Source: Methanomassiliicoccales archaeon
GTDB taxonomy: Archaea; Thermoplasmatota; Thermoplasmata; Methanomassiliicoccales; JACIVX01
Direction of reading: 5' to 3'
DNA: 64,000 nt
NCBI GenBank assembly: GCA_038850735.1
Contig: JAWCLO010000002.1
Coordinates: 105,902 to 169,901 of the forward strand
In this document: positions 9,389-19,434 of the stretch, one piece after another
How the letters are laid out: each line of letters begins with the position of its first letter
How positions within the stretch are numbered: the first letter of the stretch is position 1
Notes under the pieces: generated by a model
Told to the model about the DNA's origin: nothing
The model's input: the letters and a program-made list of their open reading frames with translations, nothing else
Database searches by the model: none
Program-made: the position numbers and the translations under genes

Positions 9389-10096
9389 ATGCACAAGAAC
9401 GTGGATATCCAAACAGTTTATGCCAAACTAATTACTATTTTTGAGGTTGATGGATGGTGGCCTGCTGAGTCCCCTTTTGAGATAATGATAGGCGCAATTC
9501 TCACTCAGCAAACCATGTGGGAGAACGTGGAAAAGACGATAAAAGAATTGAAAAATAGGGGACTGCTTTCGGTCGATTCGCTTGTTAATATTGACCAAAA
9601 AGAGCTCGAAAACATCATAAGACCAGTTGGATTCTATAGGCTAAAGGCCAAACGAATAAAGGCGCTTGCTTTACACCTTCGCAACTATTATGATTCAAAT
9701 CCGATGGGTGTCCTTCAGAAGGCACTTCCGGAGGCGAGGGGAGAATTGATGAGCATTGACGGTATAGGGAAAGAGACGGCCGATGCGATTTTGCTGTTTG
9801 CTGGTCGTAAACCTACTTTTGTTGCCGCCAAGTATTGTGCAAGGGTATTCATGAGGTTAGGACTTGTCGAAAAAGATGACTATGATTACGTGAAACAGTT
9901 CGTAGAGGAAAGAATGCCTAAAAACCCGAGAGTCTATGCAGAACTCTACTCACTGCTCGTACAACTTTCTAAGACGTATTGCAGGAAAAATCCATCTTGC
10001 AATAGTTGCCCTCTTTCTGATGAGTGTGCCTTTAGCTTGTCAGGAGGAATATCGGGTTACCTATCACAGAAGAAACGACTAGAGAGACCGTTATAG
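9389..10096 (+). CDS. endonuclease III-related HhH-GPD protein with Fe-S cluster loop
   Basis: Contains ILTQQTMWENV, the HhH motif IDGIGKETADAILLFA, and the C-terminal Cys cluster CRKNPSCNSCPLSDEC. Confidence 0.8.
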   Translation: MHKNVDIQTVYAKLITIFEVDGWWPAESPFEIMIGAILTQQTMWENVEKTIKELKNRGLLSVDSLVNIDQKELENIIRPVGFYRLKAKRIKALALHLRNYYDSNPMGVLQKALPEARGELMSIDGIGKETADAILLFAGRKPTFVAAKYCARVFMRLGLVEKDDYDYVKQFVEERMPKNPRVYAELYSLLVQLSKTYCRKNPSCNSCPLSDECAFSLSGGISGYLSQKKRLERPL

Positions 10097-10916
10097 GTAT
10101 CAAGAAAGGTATCTTTGGCGTAACCCAGATTTTCTCAACTCCCATTCTTCTGAATACCTCAACATCAAATTCCGATGAATCGCTTGCTTTTGGAAAGAGC
10201 GATAGTCTTCTCTTATTTTCCTCGATGAATTCAAGTGGCCATACAAATTTGAATCGAACATTTTCAACTTTCTCTTTATAACCGAAAAACATTACCGGAA
10301 ACTTTCTGTCCCCTTTGGCTAGATTATATATGAAGAGACCTATTGGCACAGAAATTGTAAGGAGCGCAGCGTTGAAGAGTATGAGAAGAGAGAACGGAAA
10401 GATAATCTCATTTATCTGGTTGGGAATTTCAATTATTGGCAACGTGTGAACGGTTGGATACATTGGAAACATTATTGACAATGCAAGAAGAGCTTTGGCA
10501 TCGGCACCGCCCTTGATGATGTCCAGCTGATAAAAAAGAATGATTATTCCGAACATAAGAACAACTGTCATTAGATGCCACATGAAGGAATCATACCAGA
10601 ATTCAATTAGAAGGTAAATCACAATCAAAAAGCTTAGGATATACAGAAAAAGCGGAACGACATTGATGCCATCTTCGAAAATCCCCCTTCTTTCCCAAAA
10701 AAGGTCATAGAAAATAACTGCAAGAGGTATCAGATATATTGAATAGAGTATGTCCAAGCCTGATATAAGTATTTCACAAAAGAGAGCTATAAGAGCTGTA
10801 CTTCCGAGAAAAATCCAGTAAGAATCAGAAACTGTACGCGTCTTCCAATCTGAAATCGATGCGATTGCCAAGATGAAAAAAGAAACAGTGATCCTGATAA
10901 GGTCCAAGGCTTCCAT
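10032..10916 (-). CDS. A24-family aspartic peptidase (archaeal prepilin/preflagellin peptidase, FlaK/PibD-like)
   Basis: Polytopic membrane protein with the two catalytic Asp contexts, ISDWKTRTV and KGGADAKALLALS. Confidence 0.8.
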   Translation of the reverse strand: MEALDLIRITVSFFILAIASISDWKTRTVSDSYWIFLGSTALIALFCEILISGLDILYSIYLIPLAVIFYDLFWERRGIFEDGINVVPLFLYILSFLIVIYLLIEFWYDSFMWHLMTVVLMFGIIILFYQLDIIKGGADAKALLALSIMFPMYPTVHTLPIIEIPNQINEIIFPFSLLILFNAALLTISVPIGLFIYNLAKGDRKFPVMFFGYKEKVENVRFKFVWPLEFIEENKRRLSLFPKASDSSEFDVEVFRRMGVEKIWVTPKIPFLIPITVSLVVSSVIGNPIFLLTS

Positions 10917-11060
10917 TTAACGGCTAGATTTGAATCATTGAATTAAACCTTTCCTCAGATCGGATTCGAATTTAAAGATACCAAACAAATAACCTTGGAG
11001 AACAGAGGAACAAAATTTTATAGTAGGATGCAATGAAGCCATTTACGCCCGGGGAAGAAC

Positions 11061-12647
11061 ATGATGATTGCAGATGGCATCTTCAAACTCATTGGCAGAC
11101 TGTTGCCATTCTTTGCAATTGCAATTTTCCTCTTCCAAGGCGTTGCTCAGGTCTCTGCCTCGCAAATGGTAAACGTCTTTCCAATAGACCCATTTGAACA
11201 GCAAATAGACGCGGGCGAAACGGCTCATTTCAGATGGGTCATATTTAACAATGCCTCATCATCATATCTCGTAAAAGTTACGATCGAACCAGAATTTGGT
11301 AAAGATTGGACTGCTCACTTCAATAATGACATACTGACTCTGGACGCCAATGAACACGGTACAGTGATTCTAAATATTACAACATCGAAAACAATGGCAT
11401 CAAGGGATGTCGAGTTCCGGATCATTTTCAATGCTACAGAGATGAGTTCACCATTGAATTCATACAAGATCGTTGAAAATATCCATCTCCGGGTTATTTC
11501 GCTATTTGGGACAAGAGCTGGAGAGAATAAGATTTTTGGCGTCTGGGATAATTTCTTGCCACCCCCACTTGATACGAATTATGGTGCATTTGCAGTGACA
11601 TTAATCGGCTGGATTGCCATAGCTCTTTTTATAGCGTTTGTAATAGATCCCATTGTGCATCAATTTACAAAGAAAACAAAAACTGAACTGGACGATCGTA
11701 TTTTGAAGATTATTCACGGACCGTTATTCGCAATAATAGTTCTCTATGGGATGGTCAATTCACTTGAGATTCTGAATATACCGATCGAGATCGTGGCGAC
11801 AATCGAATTGGTTTACACAATTTCAATGGTGATCGTCATAGCTTGGATTGCTTACAAGATATATCACAATATACTTATTTACTACGCCCAAAGTTTTGCG
11901 AAAAAAACTGAGATCGAGATTGATGATGTGCTAGTCCCAGTATTTGAGAAAATTGGAATGATTATAATACCATTGGTGGCATTCACTGTCATCCTTCACA
12001 TACTTGGATTTGATGTGACGCTAATTGTAGCAGGAATGGGGGTTCTGGGTCTAGTCATAGGTCTTGCTGCCCAGTCGACGCTTTCCAATCTATTTGCCGG
12101 TATCCAACTTCTTGCCGATCGCCCATTTAAGGTAGGCGACCTACTGATGATGGAAGATGGCGAAGTCTGTGAAGTTCGAAAAATCGGTTTAAGGAGCGTT
12201 ACACTTTATGATATTTTCAAGCACTCAAATATTGTAATTCCAAACAATGAAATCGCAAATAAGAAGATCATTAACATCATGAGGCCAGATCGCAGATACA
12301 AGAAAAGCGTCACCGTAGGAGTTGCGTATGGTTCTGATATTAATAAGGTCGAGTCGCTGATGATGCAGGCCGCACTTGAACATCAAAATGTATTGAAGGA
12401 TGAAGAGCATGCCCCGATTGTTAGGTTCGAAAATTTCGGCGACTCGGCGCTTGTATTTACGATCTACTTTTGGGTCGACGACGTTCGCAATCAATGGAAG
12501 GCCACATCGGATATAAGGAAAAGGATCGATCAATTGTTCCGAGAGGCTGGCATAGAAATTCCGTTCCCGCAGAGAACTATATGGATTCGTCATTCTGACG
12601 GTGATGATCAAATGAGCCGAAGACCCAATTCCGAAGCGAAGGAATAA
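11061..12647 (+). CDS. MscS-family mechanosensitive channel with a large N-terminal extracytoplasmic domain
   Basis: Contains the MscS core (LSNLFAGIQLLADRPFKVGDLL), several TM helices, and a roughly 170-aa N-terminal non-membrane domain after a signal-like helix. Confidence 0.85.
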   Translation: MMIADGIFKLIGRLLPFFAIAIFLFQGVAQVSASQMVNVFPIDPFEQQIDAGETAHFRWVIFNNASSSYLVKVTIEPEFGKDWTAHFNNDILTLDANEHGTVILNITTSKTMASRDVEFRIIFNATEMSSPLNSYKIVENIHLRVISLFGTRAGENKIFGVWDNFLPPPLDTNYGAFAVTLIGWIAIALFIAFVIDPIVHQFTKKTKTELDDRILKIIHGPLFAIIVLYGMVNSLEILNIPIEIVATIELVYTISMVIVIAWIAYKIYHNILIYYAQSFAKKTEIEIDDVLVPVFEKIGMIIIPLVAFTVILHILGFDVTLIVAGMGVLGLVIGLAAQSTLSNLFAGIQLLADRPFKVGDLLMMEDGEVCEVRKIGLRSVTLYDIFKHSNIVIPNNEIANKKIINIMRPDRRYKKSVTVGVAYGSDINKVESLMMQAALEHQNVLKDEEHAPIVRFENFGDSALVFTIYFWVDDVRNQWKATSDIRKRIDQLFREAGIEIPFPQRTIWIRHSDGDDQMSRRPNSEAKE

Positions 12648-13780
12648 GCTTCTTCGAATTCGGAGTATTTGAGAGGTCTGTTAATATCGGAATGCTCGAA
12701 CGCTCTGTGCAAAGGTCTGTACTGATCCATAACATTGACAACAGCCTTAGGGATATTGTCCGCAATCCATCTCAGTACAGGTTTTGTGCAGCACTCTACA
12801 TGATTTGGAAGCACAAGATGCCTGACGATAATTTCACATTGCCTGGCAGCAATGATATGATTTCGTGTGATCACTTCGATGTAATTGTTAATACAGGATA
12901 AGCGTTTGGCGCATGAATTATTACCATATTTGAAATCTGTCAGATATATATCAATTAGTCCGTCCAGCAATGCTATCGATCTTTGTGTCAAATACATATT
13001 TGAATTCCACACTTGTGGTGCATTTATCGACGTATGACGGAGAACGTCGATAATATAATGCAGATTGGGCGTTGGATCTCCTCCCACCCAGTTCACATTC
13101 AATGCACGCATAAGACTCATATCTCTGGGCGAAGACGCCACAACCGTACCGCCTCGCCCCCCGAACCTCTGGGAGATCTTTTCTGCCATTACAGGTGGCG
13201 GAATGCATAATCCCAACTGGGGATTGGTGCTAATATCATGATTTTGACAATACGCACATCTAAAATTGCACCCGCTAAAGAATACAGTGTAAGATGGAAC
13301 AAGTGGCGGTTCTTCGCCGTAATGAAGAAATTCGCTGGCGATTTTTGCATCCAGCACACCACAGATCCCTTTGTTTCCCTCAAGCCTATTTACGTGGCAT
13401 CGGCGCTCGCAGATCTCGCAACTACTCATCATTCTCCGTGAAAGCTCCAATTTCAGATCGAGCAGAGATCTGTTGTTCCTACTTGTGCCAGTTTCACCCG
13501 ACAATCTCATGGAGCTTGAATGTGATATGAAAGATCGAAACTCTTCCATTGCTCGCCTATGAATGTCCCATAGCTCCTCATCACTTTGCGAAGAAGAAAA
13601 ATCCACGGGTATTTGTTTGGCCAATAGGAAATATGCCTTTTCTTTGCCCGCCAGAATCGAATAGTATCTATCTAGTCCGTTAGACATCAAATCATACTCT
13701 GCGAATCTTTCGTTTAAGTGTTTCTCTTCAAATTGTATCCCAACTATACTATGAAACAAAAATACACTAAGATCATCCAA
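12608..13780 (-). CDS. radical SAM protein, PflX-like (COG1313 type)
   Basis: Contains CEICERRCHVNRLEGNKGICGV and the radical SAM triad GCNFRCAYCQNHDIS. The longest ORF starts at a TTG; the first in-frame ATG is 31 codons downstream, so the start is uncertain. Confidence 0.8.
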   Translation of the reverse strand: MDDLSVFLFHSIVGIQFEEKHLNERFAEYDLMSNGLDRYYSILAGKEKAYFLLAKQIPVDFSSSQSDEELWDIHRRAMEEFRSFISHSSSMRLSGETGTSRNNRSLLDLKLELSRRMMSSCEICERRCHVNRLEGNKGICGVLDAKIASEFLHYGEEPPLVPSYTVFFSGCNFRCAYCQNHDISTNPQLGLCIPPPVMAEKISQRFGGRGGTVVASSPRDMSLMRALNVNWVGGDPTPNLHYIIDVLRHTSINAPQVWNSNMYLTQRSIALLDGLIDIYLTDFKYGNNSCAKRLSCINNYIEVITRNHIIAARQCEIIVRHLVLPNHVECCTKPVLRWIADNIPKAVVNVMDQYRPLHRAFEHSDINRPLKYSEFEEAYSFASELGLRLI

Positions 13781-14012
13781 AATTAGAAACGAGCGCTAGA
13801 GCGATGGGACTAAGTTCTGATCCATAAGCCATTATTCTTCGATAAATATCAGATTTCCTAGATTTGTGAAATAGATAAATGATTAAGAATTCCCCCGGCC
13901 CACCAATCAGATAAGGTTAAATTAGAAATCATACATCTTTAATACTGCATATTGGCTTTTAATCTTGCAGATGTATTAAACAAGGATGTTTGGGGGTATT
14001 GTCTTGGGAGTG

Positions 14013-14504
14013 ATGGAGGTAATTAGAAGCAGAAGGAGCATTAGAAAATATAAGAAAAAAGAGATTCCAGAGAACACTCTTAAAGAGATTTTGGAAGCTG
14101 CAAGACTTGCACCCTCCGGTGCTAACAGGCAATTCTGGAAATTCATAGTGGTGAGAGACGAGGAGAAAAAAAGAGGACTAGTACCGCTCTGTCGCGACCA
14201 GAAATTCATTGAAGAATGTTCAGCTTTTATCGCGGCTGTGGATGATCCGACCCAGAAATGGTATAGAGTTGACGTTGCCATAGCACTTGATCACTTGTCC
14301 TTGGCAGCTGCAGAAAAAGGTCTTGGAACCTGCTGGATAGGAGCGTTTGATCAAGAGAAGGTTGCCGAGTATCTCGGGGTTCCGAAAGGTCTTGTGGTAA
14401 CAGTTTGCATGACGTTAGGATATCCAGCAGAATCGCCAGAAGCCAGACCAAGGAAGCCGCTTGAAGATCTTGTATACTGGGAAAAATACGGGGAGAAAAA
14501 ATGA
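14013..14504 (+). CDS. nitroreductase family protein
   Basis: Contains RRSIRKYKKKEIPENTLKEILEAARLAPSGANRQFWKFIVV, the classic nitroreductase N-terminus. ATG 14013 is preferred over the track start at 13986. Confidence 0.85.
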   Translation: MEVIRSRRSIRKYKKKEIPENTLKEILEAARLAPSGANRQFWKFIVVRDEEKKRGLVPLCRDQKFIEECSAFIAAVDDPTQKWYRVDVAIALDHLSLAAAEKGLGTCWIGAFDQEKVAEYLGVPKGLVVTVCMTLGYPAESPEARPRKPLEDLVYWEKYGEKK

Positions 14505-14824
14505 AAATCGTGAATGCCCAAAAAATGGGAAAAACAATATCCGAAGGGGATCGAGGCGTGGTCGTCATCTCCGATGTCGTGAATGAGCAAAATATCGTAA
14601 TTGGGTTAAGAGAGATCGATCCAAAATCGAGAGTACCAAAGCGGCCGCATGCTCACGCTCTAAGGCAGGTCATGTTTGTCGTCGAAGGGCATGGGGTTGT
14701 TAGCAACGGGCGAGAATCTCGCCAATTTAAGCCTGGCGATTTTCTGATATTCGAAGCGAATGAAGAACACTATTTTGAAAGCGATGATAGATTAGTTAAG
14801 ATGGTAGAAGTGCGATTTCTGTAG
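14501..14824 (+). CDS. cupin domain protein
   Basis: Cupin_2-like motifs are present: HAHALRQVMFVVEGHG...KPGDFLIFEANEEHYF. It overlaps the nitroreductase stop by 4 nt. Confidence 0.65.
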   Translation: MKIVNAQKMGKTISEGDRGVVVISDVVNEQNIVIGLREIDPKSRVPKRPHAHALRQVMFVVEGHGVVSNGRESRQFKPGDFLIFEANEEHYFESDDRLVKMVEVRFL

Positions 14825-15117
14825 ATGTTATCAACAATAGATCATCGGCCTGTTCAATGACATGCCATTCAACACTCCTGCAAATACAACTGCGACATCT
14901 TAGCTTTGTATCTTAGGTTAATTGTCAACTGTCAATATATTGGACCCGTATTGACCCTCAGAGGCTATCATCCCACAAATGACAAGTCATGGTTAATTCA
15001 ACAGCGCTAATACTCTCTCTTATTGTTTGAATTATTCTCGACTATTGATAGAGTTTTTCGATTTTTTTAGGGAGAAAAGATATTACATTGATAATATGTT
15101 TAACAATAGTGAATAAT

Positions 15118-15636
15118 ATGCAAGCTAGATTTGATAGTATAATTAATAGGTTCCTTAAACCAGAATTTATAATGGGTGCTTTGCGTATCGCTCTCGGATG
15201 GATTTTGTTCTGGGCCTTTCTGGACAAATTATTTGGATTTGGGTTTAGCACCGCCCCAGAAAATTCATGGTTGAATGGCGTTTCACCGACTACAGGATTC
15301 CTTAAATTTGGAGTTTCGGGAATCTTTGCCGAAGTCTTCAATGAATTGGCTGGAAACATTCTCGTAGACATCTTATTCATGGCTGCATTATTATTAGTTG
15401 GAGGATCGCTTATACTTGGCATTGGAACGAAGATTGCTGGTTATACGGGTGCGATTCTAATGTTTATCCTTTATCTTACCAATGTCCCTCCACTGCACAA
15501 TCCGGTGATCGATGAGCACATAATATATTTGATTTGTCTAGTTGGAATAGCCAATTTCAAGTCTGGTCATGTGCTAGGTCTCGGCAAATGGTGGTCCGAA
15601 ACCAGAATCGTAAAGCGATTCCCCATACTTGAATGA
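15118..15636 (+). CDS. DoxX/DoxD-like membrane protein
   Basis: Four predicted TM helices. LRIALGWILFWAFLDKLFG...SPTTGFL...NPVIDEHIIY resembles the DoxX family. The internal ATG at 15118 is preferred. Confidence 0.6.
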   Translation: MQARFDSIINRFLKPEFIMGALRIALGWILFWAFLDKLFGFGFSTAPENSWLNGVSPTTGFLKFGVSGIFAEVFNELAGNILVDILFMAALLLVGGSLILGIGTKIAGYTGAILMFILYLTNVPPLHNPVIDEHIIYLICLVGIANFKSGHVLGLGKWWSETRIVKRFPILE

Positions 15637-15644
15637 GAAACGAA

Positions 15645-15667
15645 GATGGCGGTATCAAATCGCCATC
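15645..15667 (+). terminator. perfect 7-bp stem-loop just after the DoxX-like gene (possible 3' end signal)
   Basis: GATGGCG-gtatcaaat-CGCCATC starts 8 nt after the stop codon. No oligo-T run follows, so a terminator function is only a guess. Confidence 0.25.
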
Positions 15668-16081
15668 CCCTCTGTTTCCACAGGCACCATGAACACAAAC
15701 TTTTCTTATGAAAAATCATGATGTCTAGTCGTTACGCGTAGCGGGAAGGCTAATCAATGTAAGTAAATGATAGTTTTTTTATTATGCAAGCGAAGAATTC
15801 ACCACTGCGATTTTGTGCCCCGATCTTTTTAAAAAAAAGAGTCCCGTTAGAAGCGCAGGTGTTTCCGAGCCGTTTATGCGCGAATTTTCACATCCTCAAT
15901 TTTGGATCATCACCCGATACATGGTTTTATACCTTCCGCCATATGGTTCATACATCTGATTTTCATGCAGAATTTTTTAGAACTGTGGAAGAATTCTACA
16001 ATGATCATGTGAGCCCCCACATTGAATAAAGTATTATTAAAACAACAGTTATCCGAATGTGCTCAGAAAGAAGCTTTGAGC

Positions 16082-16816
16082 ATGAAATCAATGCTCTCCT
16101 TGATGAGAGTAGGAGCGGTAGGCGATTTACATGGTGCTAGATTTCTTGAATTTCTTTCAGAGAGGGACGAATATCGAAATCTCGATCTTCTACTTCTTGC
16201 AGGCGATCTCACCGAAAAGAACAACCTTGATGAATTTGATCTCGCCATCAAAAAGTTGAGAAGATTGACAAGTGCCAAAATGATTGCGGTTTTTGGAAAT
16301 GAAGAATACGACGAATCCCATGTGGAGTACAAGAAAAGAAGCGAGATCATATTCCTCGAAGATGAGAAAATAATACTGAATATTCAGAATAAGATCGTCA
16401 AGATTATCGGTACCACAGGTTCACTTGATCGTCCCACATGGTGGCAGAGAACTCATATGCCTGAAATATGGAGAAGATATCAAGAACGTGTCGCTAAGAT
16501 CTATGAACTGTTGGAACGAGATGATTCTGATTTTCTGATTCTTCTAATGCATTATGGACCGACGTACAAAACCCTTGTTGGCGAAAAACCAGATAAATAT
16601 CAAGAAATGGCCTCGATAAAATATGAACAGGTCATTCTAGATAAACGCCCGGATGTGGTTTTTCATGCTCATGCCCACAGGGGAACCAGATACGCTGAAT
16701 TGGTTCGTTTGCAGAAGAGACTTGATCAGCTTAAAGGAGACAGTAAACCAATCCCGGTCTTCAATGTGTCACTGCCACTTAATAAAGCGATTACTATTGT
16801 GGAATTAGGAGGCTAG
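16082..16816 (+). CDS. calcineurin-like metallophosphoesterase
   Basis: Contains GAVGDLHG, LLLAGDLTE, GNEEYD and HAHAHRG motifs. The start is ambiguous (TTG 16022; ATGs at 16082, 16091 and 16103). Confidence 0.8.
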   Translation: MKSMLSLMRVGAVGDLHGARFLEFLSERDEYRNLDLLLLAGDLTEKNNLDEFDLAIKKLRRLTSAKMIAVFGNEEYDESHVEYKKRSEIIFLEDEKIILNIQNKIVKIIGTTGSLDRPTWWQRTHMPEIWRRYQERVAKIYELLERDDSDFLILLMHYGPTYKTLVGEKPDKYQEMASIKYEQVILDKRPDVVFHAHAHRGTRYAELVRLQKRLDQLKGDSKPIPVFNVSLPLNKAITIVELGG

Positions 16817-16823
16817 ACCACTG

Positions 16824-17816
16824 ATGTACTGCGATAAAATACCGTCACACTCCATTGACATCCTGCGGGAAATCGTGCTAGATATGCTTAAGCAGATACC
16901 CGCTGGGATGGTAACGACCTATGGTGATATTGCATCAGCCTTAGGAGACATTCGTGCCTCGAGAGCCATCGGCAAAGTTGTTTCCGAAAATCCGTTCCCA
17001 GTAATCGTGCCGTGTCACCGAGTGGTATATTCTAATGGAGAAATAGGATGGTATGGTGGGTACGGCAAAGGAACGGAGGAGAAGAAGGAACTGCTTATGA
17101 AGGAAGGTGTCCAAATTGAAAACAATAAAGTAAAGGATTTCGAGCGCATTCGATTTCGCGCCTTCACAGCGCCACCGATTTTGAAATTGCTTTTGGAAAA
17201 ACAGCTAAAGATGAAATCGTTAGTTATTGAAAATGATGTTTTTGAATCGGCCAGGTATGTCGCTGGGATTGATGTTTCATACGAGGGAAATAAAGGTTAT
17301 GCAGCAATCGCTGTATTAGACATGGATGCAGGGGAATTCGTCGAAGAGCGGGTGGTTGTGAAGGATGCTCGATTCCCATATATACCTTCTTACTTAGGTT
17401 TCAGAGAGATCCCTGTTATCGCGGATCTGATTACATTTAAACCGCACACAATATACCTAATTGATGGTCACGGCGTTCTCCATCCCCGCGGCTTCGGTAT
17501 CGCTTCTCACATTGGTGTGGAATTTGATGTGCCAACAATTGGCATTGCGAAGGAGCTTTTAGTTGGCACTATCCAGGATAAGAATTCGGAAATCTCTGCG
17601 GTAATACTCGATAATAAAATAAGAGGATATAGGGTGCAAATTGAGAAATGGGGCACAAGGATCATTTCTGCTGGTCATAAGATTTCACTAGAATCAGCTC
17701 TTGATATATACATAAAATGTCTGAGACAACATTCAACAGATCCTTTAAGAAAAGCACACCGCATTGCGAATAATGCAAGAAAGAGTTCCGAGCATCAAAG
17801 AAGGGATGCACTTTGA
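16824..17816 (+). CDS. nfi: bifunctional O6-alkylguanine-DNA alkyltransferase domain / endonuclease V fusion protein
   Basis: The N-terminal roughly 100 aa form an MGMT DNA-binding/active-site domain (TTYGDIA...IVPCHRVV). The remainder is endonuclease V (GIDVSY, FPYIPSYLGFRE, LIDGHGVLHPRGFGIASHIG, PTIGIAK). Confidence 0.85.
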   Translation: MYCDKIPSHSIDILREIVLDMLKQIPAGMVTTYGDIASALGDIRASRAIGKVVSENPFPVIVPCHRVVYSNGEIGWYGGYGKGTEEKKELLMKEGVQIENNKVKDFERIRFRAFTAPPILKLLLEKQLKMKSLVIENDVFESARYVAGIDVSYEGNKGYAAIAVLDMDAGEFVEERVVVKDARFPYIPSYLGFREIPVIADLITFKPHTIYLIDGHGVLHPRGFGIASHIGVEFDVPTIGIAKELLVGTIQDKNSEISAVILDNKIRGYRVQIEKWGTRIISAGHKISLESALDIYIKCLRQHSTDPLRKAHRIANNARKSSEHQRRDAL

Positions 17817-18715
17817 AAATTACCGTCTTCGGTGCGGGTGCCATTGGCAGTTTCTTTGGAGGCTTGCTTTCGGAAGTCCATGATGTTGTCCTTATCGGAA
17901 GAACGGCACACGTTGATGCGATTCTACAGAATGGTTTGAAAATCTCAGGGCTAGTAGACAAATTTGTTTATCCCGATGCTCAGACAACCGTCTCGGGATT
18001 AGCAGAACAAGACATGGTAATTGTAACCGTTAAGGCTTATGATACAGAAAAGGCAGCGAATGAAATCGAATCAATAGTTGGCGAAAGAACTAATGTGCTT
18101 TCCATTCAAAATGGCCTTGAGAATATTTTCATTCTTCGTGCAAAATACGGAAATAAAGTGTATGCATGCGTGACCTCGATTGGGGTTACATTCCTGGAAC
18201 CTGGTCACATTCGTTTTGCAGGCGCTGGTGACGCAATAGTCGGAAGCATTGACGGATCTATACATCTTGCGCGAGAGATTGCCGATATTTTCACACGTTG
18301 TGGGATTACAAGCCGTGTCACCGACAACATCCTAGGAGAAATATGGCTAAAGGCTATTGTAAATACCACGATCAATCCGATCACCGCGATCATGAGCAGA
18401 TCAAATAGTTGCATATTAGCAGATCAAGATCTAACCGAATTAGCGAAGATGGTTTGCCAAGAGGCGTTGTCGGTTGCGGCAGCAGAGAATATTGCTCTGC
18501 CTACAGATGATCCTTTTGCGCAGGCATTAAACGTCGCTCGAGCAACCGGGGAAAATATCTCTAGCATGTTACAAGACATTAGAAAAGGTAAGAAGACTGA
18601 AATCGATGAGATTACAGGGAAGATTGTTTCAAAAGCTAGAGAACATGGTTTTTCCGTACCAGCTAATGAGACTTTGTGGAGATTGATTAGGGCCTTGACA
18701 AAAAAAGGACTTTAA
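17813..18715 (+). CDS. panE: 2-dehydropantoate 2-reductase (ketopantoate reductase)
   Basis: Contains the Rossmann N-terminus MKITVFGAGAIGSFFGGLL and the C-terminal KTEIDEITGKIV motif of the ApbA/PanE family. The TTG start overlaps the upstream stop by 4 nt. Confidence 0.8.
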   Translation: MKITVFGAGAIGSFFGGLLSEVHDVVLIGRTAHVDAILQNGLKISGLVDKFVYPDAQTTVSGLAEQDMVIVTVKAYDTEKAANEIESIVGERTNVLSIQNGLENIFILRAKYGNKVYACVTSIGVTFLEPGHIRFAGAGDAIVGSIDGSIHLAREIADIFTRCGITSRVTDNILGEIWLKAIVNTTINPITAIMSRSNSCILADQDLTELAKMVCQEALSVAAAENIALPTDDPFAQALNVARATGENISSMLQDIRKGKKTEIDEITGKIVSKAREHGFSVPANETLWRLIRALTKKGL

Positions 18716-18792
18716 TCGATCGAAATATATCCAGAGTATGCGGGCTAGAAAGATTAATATCGCCGCACCATGATTTTCCTGCGTGATCACAT

Positions 18793-19434
18793 ATGGTCGA
18801 TGTCAGAGAGCTTGCTGAGAGGGCAATGGCATATAAAGAGAAGGGGCTCAGTGAAAGAGAGATCGCCGATGAATTGCACCTTTCAATTGACACAGTTAAA
18901 TATCTACTCGAGGAGGGCAGTGCAGGGCTACTTCCACCATCTGACGTTAAAATCGGATGGAGGAGTATTGGCGTTTTCGGAAATCGTATCAGTATGATGA
19001 GCGAGATCCTCGCTGATATAATTATAGAAGAACTTGATAAAAGAGAAGTTTCAGCGGACGTTGTGCTTGGCATCGCAATTAATGGAGTGTCTTTTGCAAC
19101 GATTATATCCGATATGCTCGGTATGGAATTGGCAGTTTATAAGCCACCAGCTGAAAGAGGAAAAAAAGGTGGAGCTTTCAGTTCAAACTTTGCGTCCGTC
19201 GAGGGAAAGAACGTTATAATCGTCGACGACGTTATTTCAACAGGGGCAACTTTGCAAGAAGCCATCAAAGACATTCGAGAAACTGGTGGCAAGCCGATAC
19301 TTGCAGTTGTCATTGTTAACAAGAGCAGCCTGAATGAAATAGACGGTGTTCCACTCAGGGGAATTATCAGGGCCCGTTCAATGGGTGGTACGATTTTGGG
19401 GGGCGGTCCACTACACTCATTTCCGTATGGCTAA
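18793..19434 (+). CDS. orotate phosphoribosyltransferase-like protein with N-terminal HTH (GfcR/PyrE-like regulator family)
   Basis: Contains an HTH (KGLSEREIADELHLSIDTVKYLL) plus a type I PRTase PRPP loop (VIIVDDVISTGATL). Confidence 0.7.
   Translation: MVDVRELAERAMAYKEKGLSEREIADELHLSIDTVKYLLEEGSAGLLPPSDVKIGWRSIGVFGNRISMMSEILADIIIEELDKREVSADVVLGIAINGVSFATIISDMLGMELAVYKPPAERGKKGGAFSSNFASVEGKNVIIVDDVISTGATLQEAIKDIRETGGKPILAVVIVNKSSLNEIDGVPLRGIIRARSMGGTILGGGPLHSFPYG

Noticed and set aside
14905-14945. Tandem TGTCAA(C)TGTCAA words upstream of the DoxX-like gene as a possible transcription-factor site.
   Set aside because: There is only one short duplication, with no palindromic symmetry and no second copy elsewhere in the window. 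The evidence is insufficient.
15784-16029. Track ORFs in intergenic gaps: 81 aa at 15784-16029, 65 aa at 19503-19700, 110 aa at 42421-42753, and 60 aa at 47023-47205.
   Set aside because: They have atypical amino-acid composition (Cys/His/Phe-rich or low complexity), no motifs and no ribosome-binding context. They are probably non-coding, although the 445-nt and 314-nt gaps that contain them are longer than average.
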